The position numbers were made by a program, and so were the translations under genes. The notes below the pieces were generated by a model. That model did no database searches. It was not told the origin of the DNA and was given only the letters and a program-made list of their open reading frames with translations. Shown piece after piece: positions 42,245 through 43,510 of a stretch of DNA of 43,510 bases; the first letter of the stretch is position 1; each line of letters begins with the position of its first letter. This DNA comes from Octopus bimaculoides. Lineage: Eukaryota. The DNA lies in NCBI RefSeq assembly GCF_001194135.2, contig NC_068981.1:88124002-88167511 (forward strand). Reading direction: 5' to 3'.

Positions 42245-43510
42245 CAGGGGTTGGACAAAATAATGGAAACACCTTAAAATTTCAAACAAATTAATTTTAA
42301 TATGGGGTTGGACCGCCTTTGGCAGTAATTACAGCTTGAATTCTACCAGGTATGGACTCGTACAAAGTTTGATTTGTTTCCAAAGGAATTTTTGTCCATT
42401 CTTCAGCTAAAACAGTCTCTAGTTCTTGTAGTGATGATCATGGAGGATATCGACTCCTTGTTTTTCTAAAATGCACCGTAAATGTTCAATAATATTGAGA
42501 TCTGGGAACTGTGGTGGCCAGATAAGATGTTCAACTCCACTAGGATGTTCCTCATGCTGTTCAGTAACAACTTTAGCTGTGTGAATTGGTGCACTATCAT
42601 CCTGAAAGGTGCGTTTCCCTCCGGAAACAGTTCCGCAACCATAGGATGAATTTGATCAGATAAAATGCTTTAAATAGTCTTGATTATTAATTCTGCCATG
42701 AAGGGAAACCATTGGGCTAGCGGATTTCCAAGGTATAGCCCCCTCAGATCATCACAGATCTTCCTCTATATTTAACAGTTGGAAGAAGGCAGTTTGGGTT
42801 AAATGCTTCTTTTGGCTGTCTCGATACATATACTCAGCCAGTGGTCAGAAATAAGGTAAAGGATGACTCGTCCGAGAAAATAACATTCTTCCGTTGCTCT
42901 AAGGACCAATTCTGTAGGTTTTTTTTACTCCACACTAAAATCTTTGCAATGTTTGTTTTTGAAAGTAGTGATTGCAAAGAGGTTTTCTGATTGCAACCCT
43001 CCTGTGAGATCCGACTTTCTGCAGCTCCCGGAGAACAGTTTTTGTGGAAACTGGGTTCTCGAGGTGGTCATTAAGCTCTGCAGTAATTTTGGGAGCTGTA
43101 CTTTTGTGATCCTTTCTAACAATTCGCATAAGAGTCCAACGGTCCCTATCTGAAAGTTTTGATTTTCTTCTGGAGTTTTGTTTCGACGAGCAAGTTTTTC
43201 TCTCTTTCTCAAAGGGAGTCATTACTTTCGAGACAGTACTTCTTGATACATCAAACATTTCAGCTGTTTTCATTACGCTAGCGCCTGCCATATGAGCACC
43301 AACAATTTGACCTCTTTGAAAGTCCGATAGATCTGTCAATTTAATGAATCTTAATTACCTTTTCTGATGATATCTGAAAAGAAACAGCAATTTTAGCAAG
43401 ACATATTAAGCAACACTAATAATAAATCAACAAACATAAAAATAAACAAGCTTTTGATGGTTTTACAGATATTTCAAAATTATGATGCTATGGTGCTAGG
43501 TGTTTCCATT
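42245..43510 (-). mobile_element. Tc1-family DNA transposon, almost full-length (second TIR cut by the window edge)
   Basis: TA|CAGGGGTTGGACAAAATAATGGAAACACC at 42245; its complement GGTGTTTCCATT begins at 43499. Confidence 0.95.
42297..43339 (-). pseudogene. Tc1 DD34E transposase pseudogene
   Basis: HTH region DLSDFQRGQIVG...VSRSTVSKV...STKTVLREL; catalytic motifs VIFSDES, FQDDSAPIHTAK and WPPQFPDLNIIEHL; ends AKGGPTPY*. Has several stops and frameshifts, and the start appears as TTG. Confidence 0.92.

Noticed and set aside
1-43510. CRISPR arrays, operons, rRNA or prokaryotic/viral defence systems
   Set aside because: None seen; the sequence is eukaryotic repeat-rich DNA with no regularly spaced repeat-spacer array and no gene-dense segment.

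Overview
AT-rich, repeat-saturated animal genomic DNA with several N gaps. The SINE families, microsatellite density and piggyBac-like MITEs point to an octopus (coleoid cephalopod) draft scaffold; this is inferred from recognition, not from a database search. No complete protein-coding gene can be assembled and no transposon ORF is intact. A CpG-retaining, RFX/X-box-rich promoter-like region at about 3.0-3.2 kb, with a strong donor at 3216 and a clean 37-nt exon at 5304-5340, suggests the 5' end of a + strand host gene, with most of the window likely intronic. The rest is: at least four SINE or SINE-like families; RTE-clade LINE fragments; R4/Dong-clade fragments; a 239-bp solo LTR with a perfect 5-bp TSD; three Helitron pieces; a nearly full-length but decayed Tc1 element; mariner, piggyBac-like and foldback MITEs. 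The most unusual observations are a decayed type-I hammerhead ribozyme fold (39638-39711), telomeric TTAGGG repeats inserted into one copy of a dispersed repeat, a telomere-array-cored inverted-repeat element next to the promoter, a foldback element flanked by 32-bp direct repeats, and an in-frame RTE-endonuclease/Helitron-helicase junction. I found no evidence of a wholly new multi-gene system. Boundaries of diverged repeats are approximate (about +/-10-20 nt).
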